A stretch of 63,594 nt of DNA, counting the filler, from Nemertoderma westbladi (Eukaryota; Animalia; Xenacoelomorpha), in assembly GCA_032718475.1 (NCBI GenBank). It is 4 parts of 4 records of this genome, joined end to end, with 100 filler letters (N's around TTAATTAATTAA, not from the genome) between each part and the next. Parts side by side here need not be neighbours in the genome. Positions count along the whole stretch, not along the records: positions 37,977 to 58,080 come from JAUCBJ010005071.1; positions 58,181 to 63,594 come from JAUCBJ010003547.1; 2 more parts are not named here. The stretch is one strand, 5' to 3'. The translations under genes and the position numbers were made by a program. Below are positions 47,281-60,048 of this stretch, one piece after another. Every line of letters starts with the position of its first letter. Position 1 is the stretch's first letter. The notes beneath the pieces are model-generated. The model was not told the DNA's origin. It worked only from the letters and a program-made list of their open reading frames with translations, and made no database searches.

Positions 47281-50200
47281 AGCTTCTCCTCCAATAGAGT
47301 TCTAAGTAGTTCATCAGTCAAGTAAGCCTTACACGGAATGATATGATGGCCTACCTTAGTGCTTCTTATTAACCCTTCCCAACTTTTGCCCCACCTGGGC
47401 GCATTGGTGGTGTTAAGTGTCCACATAGACACTGACATTTTGAGGTGTTCTTCAAGTTGGTGGTCATTCCAGTCAGTGATAAATTTGGAAATTTCGTTGT
47501 TGGCGCCTACGAAATTAGTCCCCTGATCAGATCTCATAGTTCGACTAGTTCCAAATCTACCGATCTGCCTCTGAAGGCAAAGAATGAAAGACTTTTCATC
47601 GACATATCATTGACCATATCGAGATAGACAGCTCGAAAAGTCATGCAAACAAAGATCACGCACCACTGCTTTACTATCTAATGAGCGCATTTAACTTCAA
47701 AGGGCCCGAAGAGATCCACGCCAGTGTGTGTAAACGGGGGGTGATAGCAGTCAACTCTTTCCATCAGGAGTGCCGCTTCCAACTGCGTTATCGGCTTACT
47801 GTAAATCCTCTTGGAAGGTATGCAATTCCGCAACATTTTGTTAAGAGCCGCATGAGGGTGAACTAAGTAGTAGCGCATCCTTATCTTACTCAGTATATGT
47901 TCTCTCCTGGCGTGATAGAGTCGGTAGTGAACGTCCTGTATCAACTTAGTTTGGATCTCGGGAACGAATATTAATGTTGGAAACATAGTGTCTTTAGAGA
48001 TAGGAGCATTAGTGAGACGGCCTCCAACTCGAATCAATCCATTAATCCTAATACTTGAGAATTTGTCTGACATTGGAGTCAAAGGATTGACGCTGAGTTG
48101 ATTATATTTCTCAGGTCTCTCAAGTTTCTGTGAGAGCCTTAAAAGTTGTAAATTAGATTTATCAACTTCAAGGGGTGACAAGCCTTCTACAGGTATATAT
48201 TATTAGTACTATATCTATAGTGGAATAGTTGTTTCAGAATAGTTATAGCCCTACATACTTTATCCCACGAGCTATAATTTTAATTCGGCCCTTGGGACTG
48301 TTAGGTCCTTGCCCTTAATCAGGGATTTGGACGCGACAAGAGATACACGAATGTCTTGGGGTGTTGTAGCCCTATAATACCAAGACCCTTGTTGCTTGCG
48401 TTACCAAAGACATGAAACTGGTATGTATGGGCAGCATTTGGAAAATATGCTCGAGGTACCCGAAAGTTTTCAATATCGGGCAAGGCATTTTCCCATTTCA
48501 GTCATTGATTTAGTAGATCACCTGAAAGAGGTTCGTCCCATGTAAGATTTTGGTCCCACATGGTTTTGACTATGTACCTAGCTTCCAGAATTACAGGACG
48601 TATAAAGCCTATGGGATCAAATAATGTACTCAATATACTAAGACAGATATGTTTAGTATGTACACCTGGAGGTTGAACCTGGACTTTGAAGCACATTTTG
48701 TCCAATTGAGTATCCCATCTAAGACCAAAATTTGGTAGCTGGTAGATAATCTTTGTTCAGATCCAGATCATGGCTGCCTCTCTGTTCCTTGGGTATGGTT
48801 GACAAGAATTCCCGGGAATTGCTCGTGAACTTTGTCAATCTGAAGTCACCCTTCTTTAAACAGTCGACTGTTCCTTGGGCAATAGACATGGCTTCTTCAA
48901 CAGTAGGGATATAATGAAAATTATCGTCTATGAATATGTTACGCTTTATGTTATTTATAACTTCATGCAACATATACAACATGACAAGCATTAGAGGGAC
49001 TGGATATCAACCAGAAGGCTTGTATAGTCATCCAATATTCTTTCGGAGGTTTAGAAAAATCTCCTTCGGCCACCAGAGGAATCACAGACTATCCTGGTCT
49101 TCCGGGATAACCTTAACTTGTAGAAACATTCCTTCGATGTCTAAGGGGAAGGCTATGTCATATTGTCGCAATCTAATTAATATCCCAGGTAGTGAACGCA
49201 ATAAGTTAGGGTCAGCCATTAGTTGGGAATTCAGTGATTGTCCCTTGTATAAGGCTGATCCATCGAATACTACTCTCAGCTTGTCAGGTTTGTCAGGCTG
49301 TTTCATATAATGATGAGTCATGTAGTAAGTGCGATCAGTATGGGGAGTATCGGGCGGTACCTCCGTTGCGTATCCTTCACTAATAGTCTTCGTCATCTGT
49401 TCGTTGTACATTCTGTGAGCATTAGGGTCGCCACTTAGTGTCTTTTTAGTTGACTAAGGCATTTCTCAGCTAAGATGCGATTATTCATCAACTTCACCAA
49501 CTTAGAGTGCCAAAGTAATCCAGTTTCGTATGAATTTGTATTTGAATGCGTATTGAATTCAATATATCTGAATATCTGAATTTGTATCACTCGTTCTTCT
49601 TCGATGGATAAAGCACAATCATGGGAATTTTCCTCCATTTTCTGCTGATCTACCAAGTTTGAAATCTTCTCGGTTAAAGTTGCATCCGTTAGCGATTTAT
49701 GTAGTAAAATATCCCTGTCTTCTTCAGCATCAGAATATCCATCAGATATTTGAGTCATGCTGGTTAATAAGCAGCGTGTGTATTCTCCATATTCCAGCAT
49801 GGTGGTGGAATCCTCCATATTAAATCTGGAAGTCGGTGAGTCGTTGTCGCCGGATTCACTTGATTTATAGTCGTAAATTTTTGAAAATTTTGTTCCAAAA
49901 TCGGATCCTCCCTCCACGAATTCCTCCGCTTCCACAATCTTACCGGATTTATGAGAATGATATAATTGGTCGATATGTTTTCTGAATAAATATGGTTAGT
50001 TGATATGTTCTCACTAGTCATTCTTTCATATAAAGTCTTTATCGATAGGCCAGTGCAGAACCAACCGATCCTGGTTCTACCAGCGTATGTAGTCAAAGGC
50101 GGAGGCGAACTAGGGAGCTTTTCCAAAATTTCCAGGGCCTCTGGCGCGTTCTGGCCGATTAATAATTGAACTCCTTGTCGATCAAGTTCGTATCTGGGAA

Positions 50201-51720
50201 TATTGTTATATTTCACAAAAGCGTCGTTTTCCCAATCATACATAGGAGCTTGACTTTCTGCAAAGTTCTTGATAGCAACCATCTTTATGTTATTCAATTT
50301 ACATATTTCATTTGTGTCTCCAGGATCTGATAAAGAAATTTTGTAATAACGAGTTTGTATAACCGATTGCCAGATTTGCATCACGCCAGACAGGTTTAAT
50401 TTCATTGGATGTCCAACTGTCTCGTTGAATAGCTCAAGTGATTTGGGGTCAGAGGTATTTAGAGATACTTGGCTGTCCGATGCTTGTTCGGGAGTTGATG
50501 GTAACTCATACATGATGGCTTTATAAACTAGTACTACATTATTGCAACTTTCCTCGTCCATGGAGAACTCATCTATGTCGAATTCCTGTTCAGAACTAGC
50601 CGATGTATCATAAGGTGAATAATCGGTGAATTGAACCTTTATTTCCATTTGAGGAGCTATATCCTTTTGATGCAATAGGTAGTGATGATTTCCATTGCAC
50701 TTGACACACGGTAAAATGGCTTTCCGTAAGGAAAATGGTGATGCTCAACCAGTTGAAACTAGCATATCGAATTGTTAACAAAACTGCGCCGAATTATCTA
50801 ATTAAATCGTTCCAACTCGCTTCGGAATCTCACAATTACCCAACCCACCACGCCACCACACATCGCGTTATCTTGCCACAAACCCACCTCAGCGCCACTC
50901 AGAAGACCTTCAGTTACTCTGCCAGCGTGTTATGGAACAAAATTCCTAACACACTGGTCGAATCTCGTTCACTGAAGTCGTTTGCAGTTAACTGCAAAAA
51001 ATGGCTCGAAGAAAATATGACGATATAACGATTCAACGAATAGAAAAATCCAGATTTTACATTACGGATCTAACTCTTAAACTTTTTGTTTATTTTATTT
51101 AATTTACCGGTAAAAATTGTACTTCTGTATATCACTCTAATGTTATACATGCCTTACCACAACCCGCTTGTAAATGAGGTCATCAGACCTCAAGCGGCTA
51201 TTGTGGGTACATAAAAAACATTATGATGATGATGATGACACTTGTAGGTATCCTTTAAATAACATTTATTCCTGCTATGTCCTGGACACAAGCACAGGAA
51301 TCATACCCTTAATGTGCTGACAGTTTCTCTTCGTTTCTCTAAAGACATTTTAATTAAGTCTGGGCACTGCGAGAGCCTATGTGACTCTTTACTACATAAT
51401 AAGCAGCCAGTGTTGTAATTTACTGATTTAATGATCGGTTTCAGTGGTTTTATTTCTGATTTTTGTGTTTGTTGTGTTTTCATAGTCCGAATCGGAGTTC
51501 GGTCACGAGATGGTCTGTCTAGTTGACCCTTGCGTCGAGGTTAGGGAGATCTTGGGTCCTTGCGTTGTTGTGCTGTGCGTTTCTGGTTATCCGAGATGTG
51601 ATATGAGCTTTCACTTTCTTCGGATTCCTCCTCGCACGTCTATAGATCGGTTTGATAAACTCGCTCCCGACGTTTAGTTGGGGATGTTTTGTCAGATTTT
51701 GGATCTATGTGGCGTTCGCG
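47281..51720 (-). mobile_element. Decayed BEL/Pao LTR retrotransposon, gag-pol part up to mid-integrase
   Basis: Gag knuckles CLLCSKESHRLSQC / CLCPGH / CNGNHHYLLH; LLIG..RTRIGW; RT KLRVVFDGS, DIEGMFLQV, NIFIDD; LFDPIGF; integrase PPFTHTGVDLFGPF, SDQGTNFVGA, APRWGKSWEGLIRSTK. Many stops and frameshifts. Confidence 0.93.
50708..51235 (+). mobile_element. L2/Crack-like LINE 3' fragment inserted in BEL gag
   Basis: YRIVNKTAPNYL..HNYPTH..KTFSYSASVLWNKIP..SLKSF; 3' stem-loop CCACAACCCGCTTG..CAAGCGGCTATTGTGG; (ATG)n tail; TGACAC duplicated at 50702-50707 and 51236-51241. Confidence 0.88.
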
Positions 51721-53660
51721 TCATTATGTAATCATCAGCAATGAGAATTCATAATCGAGGTATTCCAAAAATTCTTTCATACCCAAAGCTCTATTATATC
51801 ATTGTTAATTAATTTAAGCCGGCACCTTAAATATTGTATAATCTTAACTCTCAATGCAGTAATAATTATATTTTCTATTGTGTAGTTTATATTGTTTATA
51901 ATGTTGACATATCACACCATTATATATCTGTGCTATCTGTTAGTTATATAGGAGGAGGTGTTCTCGTTATATCTTATAAGCCATTGTTGGCTGGGGGCAA
52001 CTTGCCCATGACATTAAATTGCATTCATTCATTCATATCTATCAATATGACAGAACAACACCCTGCTAAGATTTAGTTAGGCTAAGGGGGTTTTCCTGGT
52101 CTCTGATTTTTTTTCAGAAGTTATTTTTCAAGTTTTTCATTTTATAGTTATCTGTCTGTCTGTTTATAGAGATCTATCTGCCTGACCAACAGTCTGTCTG
52201 TCAAAATAAAAGAAGTGCACATTAAACATTAACTAACACTAACATAAACTAACACTTTTGGTGTGGGGCTTTTCATGGTCGCCATTTGCCATTCCGATGG
52301 CAGTTTTCAAATTTGATGGCTTCTAAACTCTCTGTCTGTCTGTCTAACTGCCCCACAGAATTACCCACAGACTGATACGCAGGCATACAGACATACACAA
52401 CAGTATCAATTTTGAAAACTTTCAAACGAAGTGAAATCAATGAACAAGAAAACCCCTTAAAGGAAATTTTTGAGCCCTGATAATTGGCTTTTTCATAAGA
52501 ACAAACCAACAGTCTGATTTATTGAAAGTTCGTAACATGTTGATTTTGGAACCAAGTATCGTATGGAATCCATCAAGGTTTTACATCACGCATATAATTA
52601 ATACCTCTTGCAAACATACCTATTTTACCGCAGTCTTATAGGAAATTAAATATTGCATTGCAAACAATGAATCACATTGTATGAAATTGGCTGGGAAAAC
52701 CAAGTGATTTGCATAACGCAGTCTAGACAAGTCCAAAGAAAAATATAATATTGTTTTATACAATAATATTCTATACTCACTGGCAACTCACAAAGCAGCA
52801 ATATCATTGTCAAACTTCAGAATATAGGATTAGCCATGAGATGAAAGCAAACACAAACACTTGCAATTCTAGCAATATTTAGAGCATTATGTTTGTTATA
52901 TTTGCAGTTTGACTTAATTATCCAGTAGATTATATCTTAACTTGGTGATTAAACATACAGATCAGTGGTAGAAATATGTAATATTAGTGGGATGATTAAA
53001 ATATGTAGTGAATAACAAAGAATAATTAATACACCTTTATACTTGTCTTTCATATTCAGTAGGATTCCGTGTCAACACTGTGAAAAGTAATTTCAAGCAG
53101 TGGCTGGGGCTGCGGCCCCAGCGGAATTATTAAGAAGCCCCCCCCCCCCCCCCCAATTAATAAAGACGGGGGGGGGGGGGGGGGGGGGGGTAGGTTCGGG
53201 TACCAAATGAAACAATAAACCCAGCCCCTCCAATGTCCCTTATAAACAATCAGCAGAAACTTAGCTATAAAGGTAAATTTCTATACAAAAAAATATATAT
53301 TTGCACAACAAAATTCAATTGAATTAGAAATTTCAAAAAGTAAGAAGGTTATGTAGTTGACCTATTGAATTTAAACCTAATTCGAGAGGAGATGCGGACA
53401 AATGAGATCCGCACAATGCGGACCCAAACAAAAAGTATGATTTTAAAAATGAGGTTCGAATTGACCTGCTCCCAATTGTCCGGGTCCGAATTGTTCGGAT
53501 GCAAATCCGTTGAGAGACTCTACTCTGTAATAGTTTATAGAAAATCTGGAACGTTTCGTATAATTACTTTACACATCATCAGCCGAAATAACGGTAAAAA
53601 TTATGCCTAAAAAAATATTTTTTTATCACATCATTACAGTACAGTACATCACATTACATC

Positions 53661-53790
53661 ATTATATTGGTCGTGATGCTACTTAACTACGACCTTCTAC
53701 TAAAAGAAAGCATCATTATTTGTAGAGATAAACCCAAACTGAATGTACAGGGCACCTCATTCCACCGGACGCTATTATACCCTTAAAACT
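53661..53790 (+). pseudogene. Penelope-like element relic (GIY-YIG endonuclease C-terminus)
   Basis: IGRDA.NYDLLLKESIIICRDKPKLNVQGTS fits the L.hKEShhI...KP.LN motif. Confidence 0.65.
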
Positions 53791-54016
53791 TTCTATATTA
53801 CTGTATATTCTTCTATACCCTTTCTGCTAACCTACACTACTATAACCTGCTTTACATACACAGCGACAAGACTGTATAAGTTCCCCCCATATGCACTGCA
53901 CTCACTACTTAATATTTTCTACAATACAATCTCATATTCTAACCTCCCGTAGTGTAGGCCTACCGGTACCGTTTTTGTTCCCCCCCCCCCCCCCCCCCCA
54001 TATGCACTGAACTCAC

Positions 54017-54742
54017 TACTGTGGCCCTTGATACACTGTAACCCTGGCACACTGTGGCCCCTGGCACACTGTGGGCACTGGCAGACTGCGGCCTCTGGCA
54101 CACTGTGGACACTGGCAGACTGCGGCCTCTGGCACACTGTGGCCCCTGGCACACTTTGGCTCCTGGTACACTGCGGCCCTGGCACACTGTGGCCCTTGGC
54201 ACACAGAGGCCCTGGCACACTTCGGCCCCTGGCACACTGCGCACGTGGCACACTGCGGCCTCTGGCACACTGTGGCCCCTGACACACTGCGGCCCCTGGT
54301 ACACTGCGGCCCCTGGCACACTGCGGCCCCTGGCACACTGCGGCCCCTGGCACTTTGCGGCCCCTGGCACACTGCGGCCCCTGGTACACTGCTGCCCCTG
54401 GTACACTGCGGCCCATGGTACACTGAGGCCCCTGGCACACTGCGGCCCTGGCACACTGCGGTCCCTGGTACACTGCGGCCCCTGGCACACTGCGGCCCCT
54501 GGTACACTGCGGCCCCTGGCACACTGCAGTCCCTCGCACACTGCGGCCCTGGCACACTGCGGCTCCGTGCACACTGCGGCCCTGGCACACTGCGGCTCCT
54601 GGCACACTGCGGCCCTGGCACACTGCGGCTCCTGGCACACTGCGGCCCCTGGCACACTGAGGCCCCTGGCACACTGTGGACCCTGGCACACTGCGGCCCC
54701 TGGTACTCTGCGGCCCCTGGTACTCTCCGGCCCCCGGCACAC
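54017..54742. repeat. 17-bp GC-rich minisatellite (TGGCACACTGCGGCCCC)
   Basis: About 40 tandem copies. A short inverted copy lies at 45261-45286. Confidence 0.97.
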
Positions 54743-54879
54743 AGCATTAAGATTAACCCGCATTTGGAATTCGCTAGATATCAATATGAAACAAATACAA
54801 AATATACAAAATATTGTGCTAATTTCGGGGTTTATCAACGATTAGTTGGGGGGGGGGGGGGGGGGGGGGGGTTAGTGCG

Positions 54880-55081
54880 GTAATAATGTAATGTCAATAT
54901 ATGTTTACAGTACAGCACTACAGTAGGGCATTCCATCCAATGGCGATGCTGCTTCTTGATATTTCCCATCAACCATCAGTGACGGTTGGCTCCGCCCATG
55001 CCAAGCTGCCTCTGTTATTTTTATATTGTAATTATAACGGAGTTTCGGGAAATAAAAGATATAATAATAATAATAATAATC
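54880..55081 (+). mobile_element. Probable LINE 3' UTR with AATAAA and (TAA)n tail
   Basis: AATAAAAGATATAATAATAATAATAATAAT directly followed by AAGCT and the resumed BEL integrase. Confidence 0.55.
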
Positions 55082-55596
55082 AAGCTACCTAAATGATAGA
55101 CCCCTTCTCCCCATTTCGTCCAGTCCACAAGCGATGGAACCCCTCACACCAGCTCATTTCTAACTAAGAAAACCGGTGCTTATGCTACCCAAATCCGCAT
55201 GGATGGCAGGATGGCGATGAACTATTGAGACGTACCTGGCAAATATCCTATCTCGGCTACTATCTCGGCGATTCGCTACACACTTTGAAAGATACTATCT
55301 AGCCTCGATCCAAATGGTTTTCTAAAAGGGAAAATGTATCTATTGGTGACATAGTAGTACTCTTAGTGGATCAAGACCAACCTAGAAAGAACTCGGAAAC
55401 GGGTCGTATAACTGAAATTCATACGGGCAATGATGATTTAGTACGTTCAGTTGAATTAGCCATTTGGAGAGCTAAACCCATACCCAAAGTACACTATTTC
55501 AATCGACCAATCGGACACCTTTGTTTACTAGAACTGGCAAGGGAACGTTTTGGTAACTATGGGCAACAACGGGTTAGGCCAAGTAGTCTGACCTAA
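55082..55596 (+). mobile_element. BEL/Pao integrase C-terminal half (continuation of 47281-51720, opposite strand)
   Basis: YLNDRPLLPISSSPQAMEPLTPAHF*L ... RSKWFSKRENVSIGDIVVLLVDQDQPR..GRITEIHTGNDDLVRSVEL..RPIGHLCLLE. Confidence 0.9.
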
Positions 55597-56040
55597 AAAC
55601 CAGAGTAACGTCTTGTAGAAGGTTACGATTGAGTATGTAATTATTTATTAGCCATTTAATATAGCATAGGTATTAGTATTAGACTACACCGCGGGTAGCA
55701 ACAAAACCTACTTATGTTAATTGTATGTTGTATATCCTGGCCGCATGCAACAATTTAAATTAATGACAAATTATTTGATTTAAAAATTTAATTAATTTAA
55801 AATTAATGACTAATTACTAACGACAATACTCAATCGTGGAAGCGGATTTGTGTGACGTTACGAGCATATCAATATGCGAAAAATTTTCAAAAATTCTGTA
55901 TTTAATACAAATTAATAATAATAACCAAAATTAGAACAACCAAATTAAATATCACCATAAATAATCAATTAACTATTACAGTAGTTACTAGTGTGAAATA
56001 AGTGTGAAGAGTGAGCGTTCTAATCTCTACATTTACCAAT

Positions 56041-57900
56041 ATGTCACCGAACAATTTGGATAAATTAAATAAACAACGTGTTACTCTGGAAACACAAATA
56101 GAGCCCGTATAATTGTGAATACAACCAGTTTGTACAGTTTGCATTATATGAGCAATTCAACCTGTTATCATGGATACACAAAAATAGTGACATTCTGGTA
56201 AATATTAAAGTTATGTCTTTTTGAACCGTATTTGGACGATAAATTAAATCAAAAGGTTCAAATAACCTCTAAATAAGACTAAATCGTGTGAATTCAAAGC
56301 ATATATGATTGTCTAACCTTTCTTTGATGCGAGGATTATAGTAGACCCATTATGGCTCCGGACCAATCCCCCATCTCCCTGGCTTGATGAGAGTTTAGCG
56401 TAAACGATTAAACGACGAATGTGAATTAGCTTCTTTGGTCCAACCCGCGGTCCAGACTCTAATAGAAGGGTTCCAAAGTAAAGCACATATTCATCCGTCT
56501 GGGTATGTAAAGTGTTTCAGTGTCGCTTACAGTCAAACCAACCGATACCTTTCAACACCAGCATCTCTAACCCCAACTTAGTCGCGGATGCTCCAATGTT
56601 GGAAGCCCATATTGTAGAGCCCCTCTATGATGAAACTGACGAATGGATTATCGCTCCCCCAGGTCGAGCTGATCAAATCAAGTCTTTAATTTGGGATAAA
56701 AACCTCAAAAGACCTCCATCCACCATTCTATGGGATTCAAGACCACCAGGATTTCGTCTTACTCAGTCAACATTATGTTATGAAGCCCAAGGATCCCGCC
56801 TGTAGTATGGATTTCCTACCTTTGGTTAATCCTCTTGATATCACGGAGATCGAGCCCATGCAGAAGCACCTCGACCATATAATCAAATTGAATACCTTTC
56901 GTAAACCTTTCAACATAACTATTGAAGATAAACCCGCGCCCCCTCGGAACCTCGCTAATTTTATCAGCGATCAGTTGATCCTTTGGAACATTGATGTACG
57001 ATTTAGAGAAGACAAACTCTCTATTATATTGAAAGGAAAGTCCGTTGTAGAGAATGTTTAGAGTTATAAGTCGGCAGTTATCGCCCGAGGTTCTATCAGA
57101 TCTCTGGATAGCCAATGGACGCCGGTGGAAGTAGATGAAACTGTCGCGTACCTCGAGTTCAATAATACTCTTGAGGTCATCCAACAATATGGCGTAATGC
57201 TGTATGATAATGAAGGTTCCATATCAGATGATGAACTCAGTTCAACCCGGTTAATACACATTCGTGGTTTAACAGGAGCTACACATGTTTTTACGCGAAC
57301 CTCCCGGAACGCCGACATTATCTTTACTCCTCCATCCCTTCAGGAGATGTTATCTCGACATGGCTAATTCGAGAAGTCTTACCGATATGTTCTAGAAACC
57401 GGTTCATCACCCTGCACTGGGTATAGAACCCTCGATGTTACCTCAACCCGTCTTGGACCTGATGTTTGACAAGAGGATCTGTAAACTTGGTTCAGCGATC
57501 TATCCCGACCTCTACAAGGACTTCGACTCCTTGTTAGACATTCACTATCCCTTTGCGGATACACAAATGATCCTCCCATGGACACAGGAACGTGGTTTCT
57601 TTCGCATTATCTATGAACGCGTAGGTAATGGAATGCGCCGAGCGGAACGCACCGGCATCTGACTTATCTCCTTCCATGAACTTGGATGGGACTTTAAGGA
57701 AGGTCGGTATAATCGTTATTTAAACTTATATGGTGATAATTATTCCCGTTATTATTATAATAATTTCAATGGAAACAATAAAAACAATTTCCTAATTATT
57801 TCAATGGTCCTTTATCCACCCCTGGTGCTGTTTATTCCAATGTGTCCCTCTTCAGCCTTCTCTCGCTATTTATATGGTATGTGAGAATTCTGCCATATCA
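56041..57900 (+). pseudogene. Decayed long ORF of unknown identity downstream of the BEL integrase
   Basis: Chain of abutting/overlapping plus-strand ORFs (56512-56805, 56780-57061, 57125-57367, 57435-57662) with globular-protein-like composition. Confidence 0.5.
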
Positions 57901-58080
57901 GGTTACTTGTAGTAGGACTTTAAGATCCCACCCATTACTGCTCGGCACCCTGCTTGTCAAGGTCAACTGCGAAGGGAAATTCCACAGTTTCGAATGTTTT
58001 CGAAGGTTTCTACCCCCCTTTGTTGGTATTGACAGTCAGTTCTATGATCCCATCTGAAAGGGACAATTGAATAAGCATTT

Positions 58081-58180
58081 NNNNNNNNNNNNNNNNNNNN
58101 NNNNNNNNNNNNNNNNNNNNNNNNTTAATTAATTAANNNNNNNNNNNNNNNNNNNNNNNNNNNNNNNNNNNNNNNNNNNN
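58081..58180. other. Assembly spacer
   Basis: N44-TTAATTAATTAA-N44. Confidence 0.97.
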
Positions 58181-58823
58181 ACCTGAGAGAGTGTACATCT
58201 CGTGGGAGACCTGAGAGTGTGTACATCTCGTGGGAGACCTGAGAGAGTGTACATCACTTGAGAGACCTGAGAGAGTGTACATCTCGTGGGAGACCTGAGA
58301 GAGTGTACATCTCGGGGAGACCTGAGAGAGTGTACATCTCGTGAGAGACCTGAGAGAGTGTACATCTCGTGGGAGACCTGAGAGAGTGTACATCACTTGA
58401 GAGACCTGAGAGAGTGTACATCTCGTGGGAGACCTGAGAGAGTTTACATCTCGGGGAAACCTGAGAGAGTGTACATCACTTGGAAGACCTGAGAGAGTGT
58501 ACATCTCGTGGGAGACCTGAGAGAGTTTACATCTCGGGGAAACCTGAGAGAGTGTACATCACTTGAGAGACCTGAGAGAGTGTACATCTCGTGGGAGACC
58601 TGAGAGAGTGTACATCTCGTGGGAGACCTGAGAGTGTGTACATCTCGTGGGAGACCTGAGAGGGTTTACATCTCGGGGAAACCTGAGAGAGTGTACATCA
58701 CTTGAGAGACCTGAGAGAGTGTACATCTCGTGGGAGACCTGAGAGAGTGTACATCTCGGGGAGACCTGAGAGAGTTTACATCTCGCGGGAGACCTGAGAG
58801 TGTACATCTCGTGGGAGACCTGA
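58181..58823. repeat. 28-bp minisatellite (ACCTGAGAGAGTGTACATCTCGTGGGAG) with recurring variants
   Basis: About 23 head-to-tail copies, no spacers. Confidence 0.97.
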
Positions 58824-60048
58824 GGGGCATTACGCGCTAGGCGATTACGCCCGAGGGGGCGTATTCTACAGGGGGGCAATTTCGACTGGGACACCGGTAT
58901 GCCTGTCTGCCTGAGGTGCGAGCCACGAAGTGAGCAAAGCCTTATCATATGGGTACCATTAACGAGTTGTCTGTCGTCGTCGTCATCTGTTGTAATTTTT
59001 TGATCGCTAATAACTCGGTTATTCCTTGATGAAATTAAACGAAACTTGGTATGTATGTAGTCCGGCTAAAGTTTATAAAGAATCTCAAGTTTGGTCAAAA
59101 ACCAAAGAACGCAACGAGTTTACAGTGGATACGAGTATCCATCTGCCATAAATCAGCAGTAAGTAAACAGGGCAACCTGATCCGATCCCCTATTGGCTAT
59201 TTACCTAAACAGACAGTTAGGTAAATATCATATCTTTTTCTCCTGATTGGATATAGGATCAGATGCTGTCAGATCAGATCAGATAAGATCAGATACTGTT
59301 GATGGCTTCTATCAGTGCAGCAGTGCCTAGCATCGTAACTTAATAACGCCCCCCCCCCCCCCCCCCCCAGACTGGAATCCATACACAATAAAAGTGTAAA
59401 AAAGCGTAATAAAAATTACAATAAAAGCGCGCCAATGTGGCGCGTGGGGCGCACGAAAATCGTAAAGCGCTCCGGCTTTGGCGCGTGGCGCTCCCAAAAA
59501 TAAAAACCGGCGCTGATTTGTTGGTTTAACAATTATGGAAGTGCCTTAAAAATTGCATTAGCTGTCAAAAATAATTCGGCTCGCTTCGCTCGCCTTTCTT
59601 TTTTCTGTGGGGCGAGACACGTTTATCTAAGAACGTTTATCTATCTGTTTAATTTTTGAGCCCTTTTTTATACTAGAATATAAAATATACTGTAACTGTA
59701 AGAACTCAAATCCCGACCGACTAATTAAATCTTAAACATAAACTAATCATAAACTGACAAATCCCTTAATACCACTACTCAAATCCCAATTGGTCAACCA
59801 ATTTAACAATAAATACTAAATGACTGGCGATGTAAATATGTGGTGTTACAGAAATTATAGCACGGCGAACCTTGGCATACGGTTCATATAGGGCAAATGG
59901 GGCATGTCCGTCTGTCTCTCTGGTAAATCTTTGAACGCGAATTTCTCGGCATCGCTGATTTGAAATTGAACCAAACTTAGTAGGTAAGTAGTAGAGGGAA
60001 AGTTTAGACAATTTGTAAAGTTTGGTGAAAAATCATCTATATAAAATG

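Noticed and set aside
53790-53960. Hammerhead ribozyme expected near the Penelope relic
   Set aside because: No CTGANGA...GAAA core with supporting stems found by eye.
53919-54883. Five or six overlapping ORFs of 85-292 aa on both strands
   Set aside because: Translation of the 17-bp minisatellite.
58181-58823. CRISPR-like array (28-bp repeats; also the 41-bp repeats at 21181)
   Set aside because: Head-to-tail units with no unique spacers, no cas genes, eukaryotic context.
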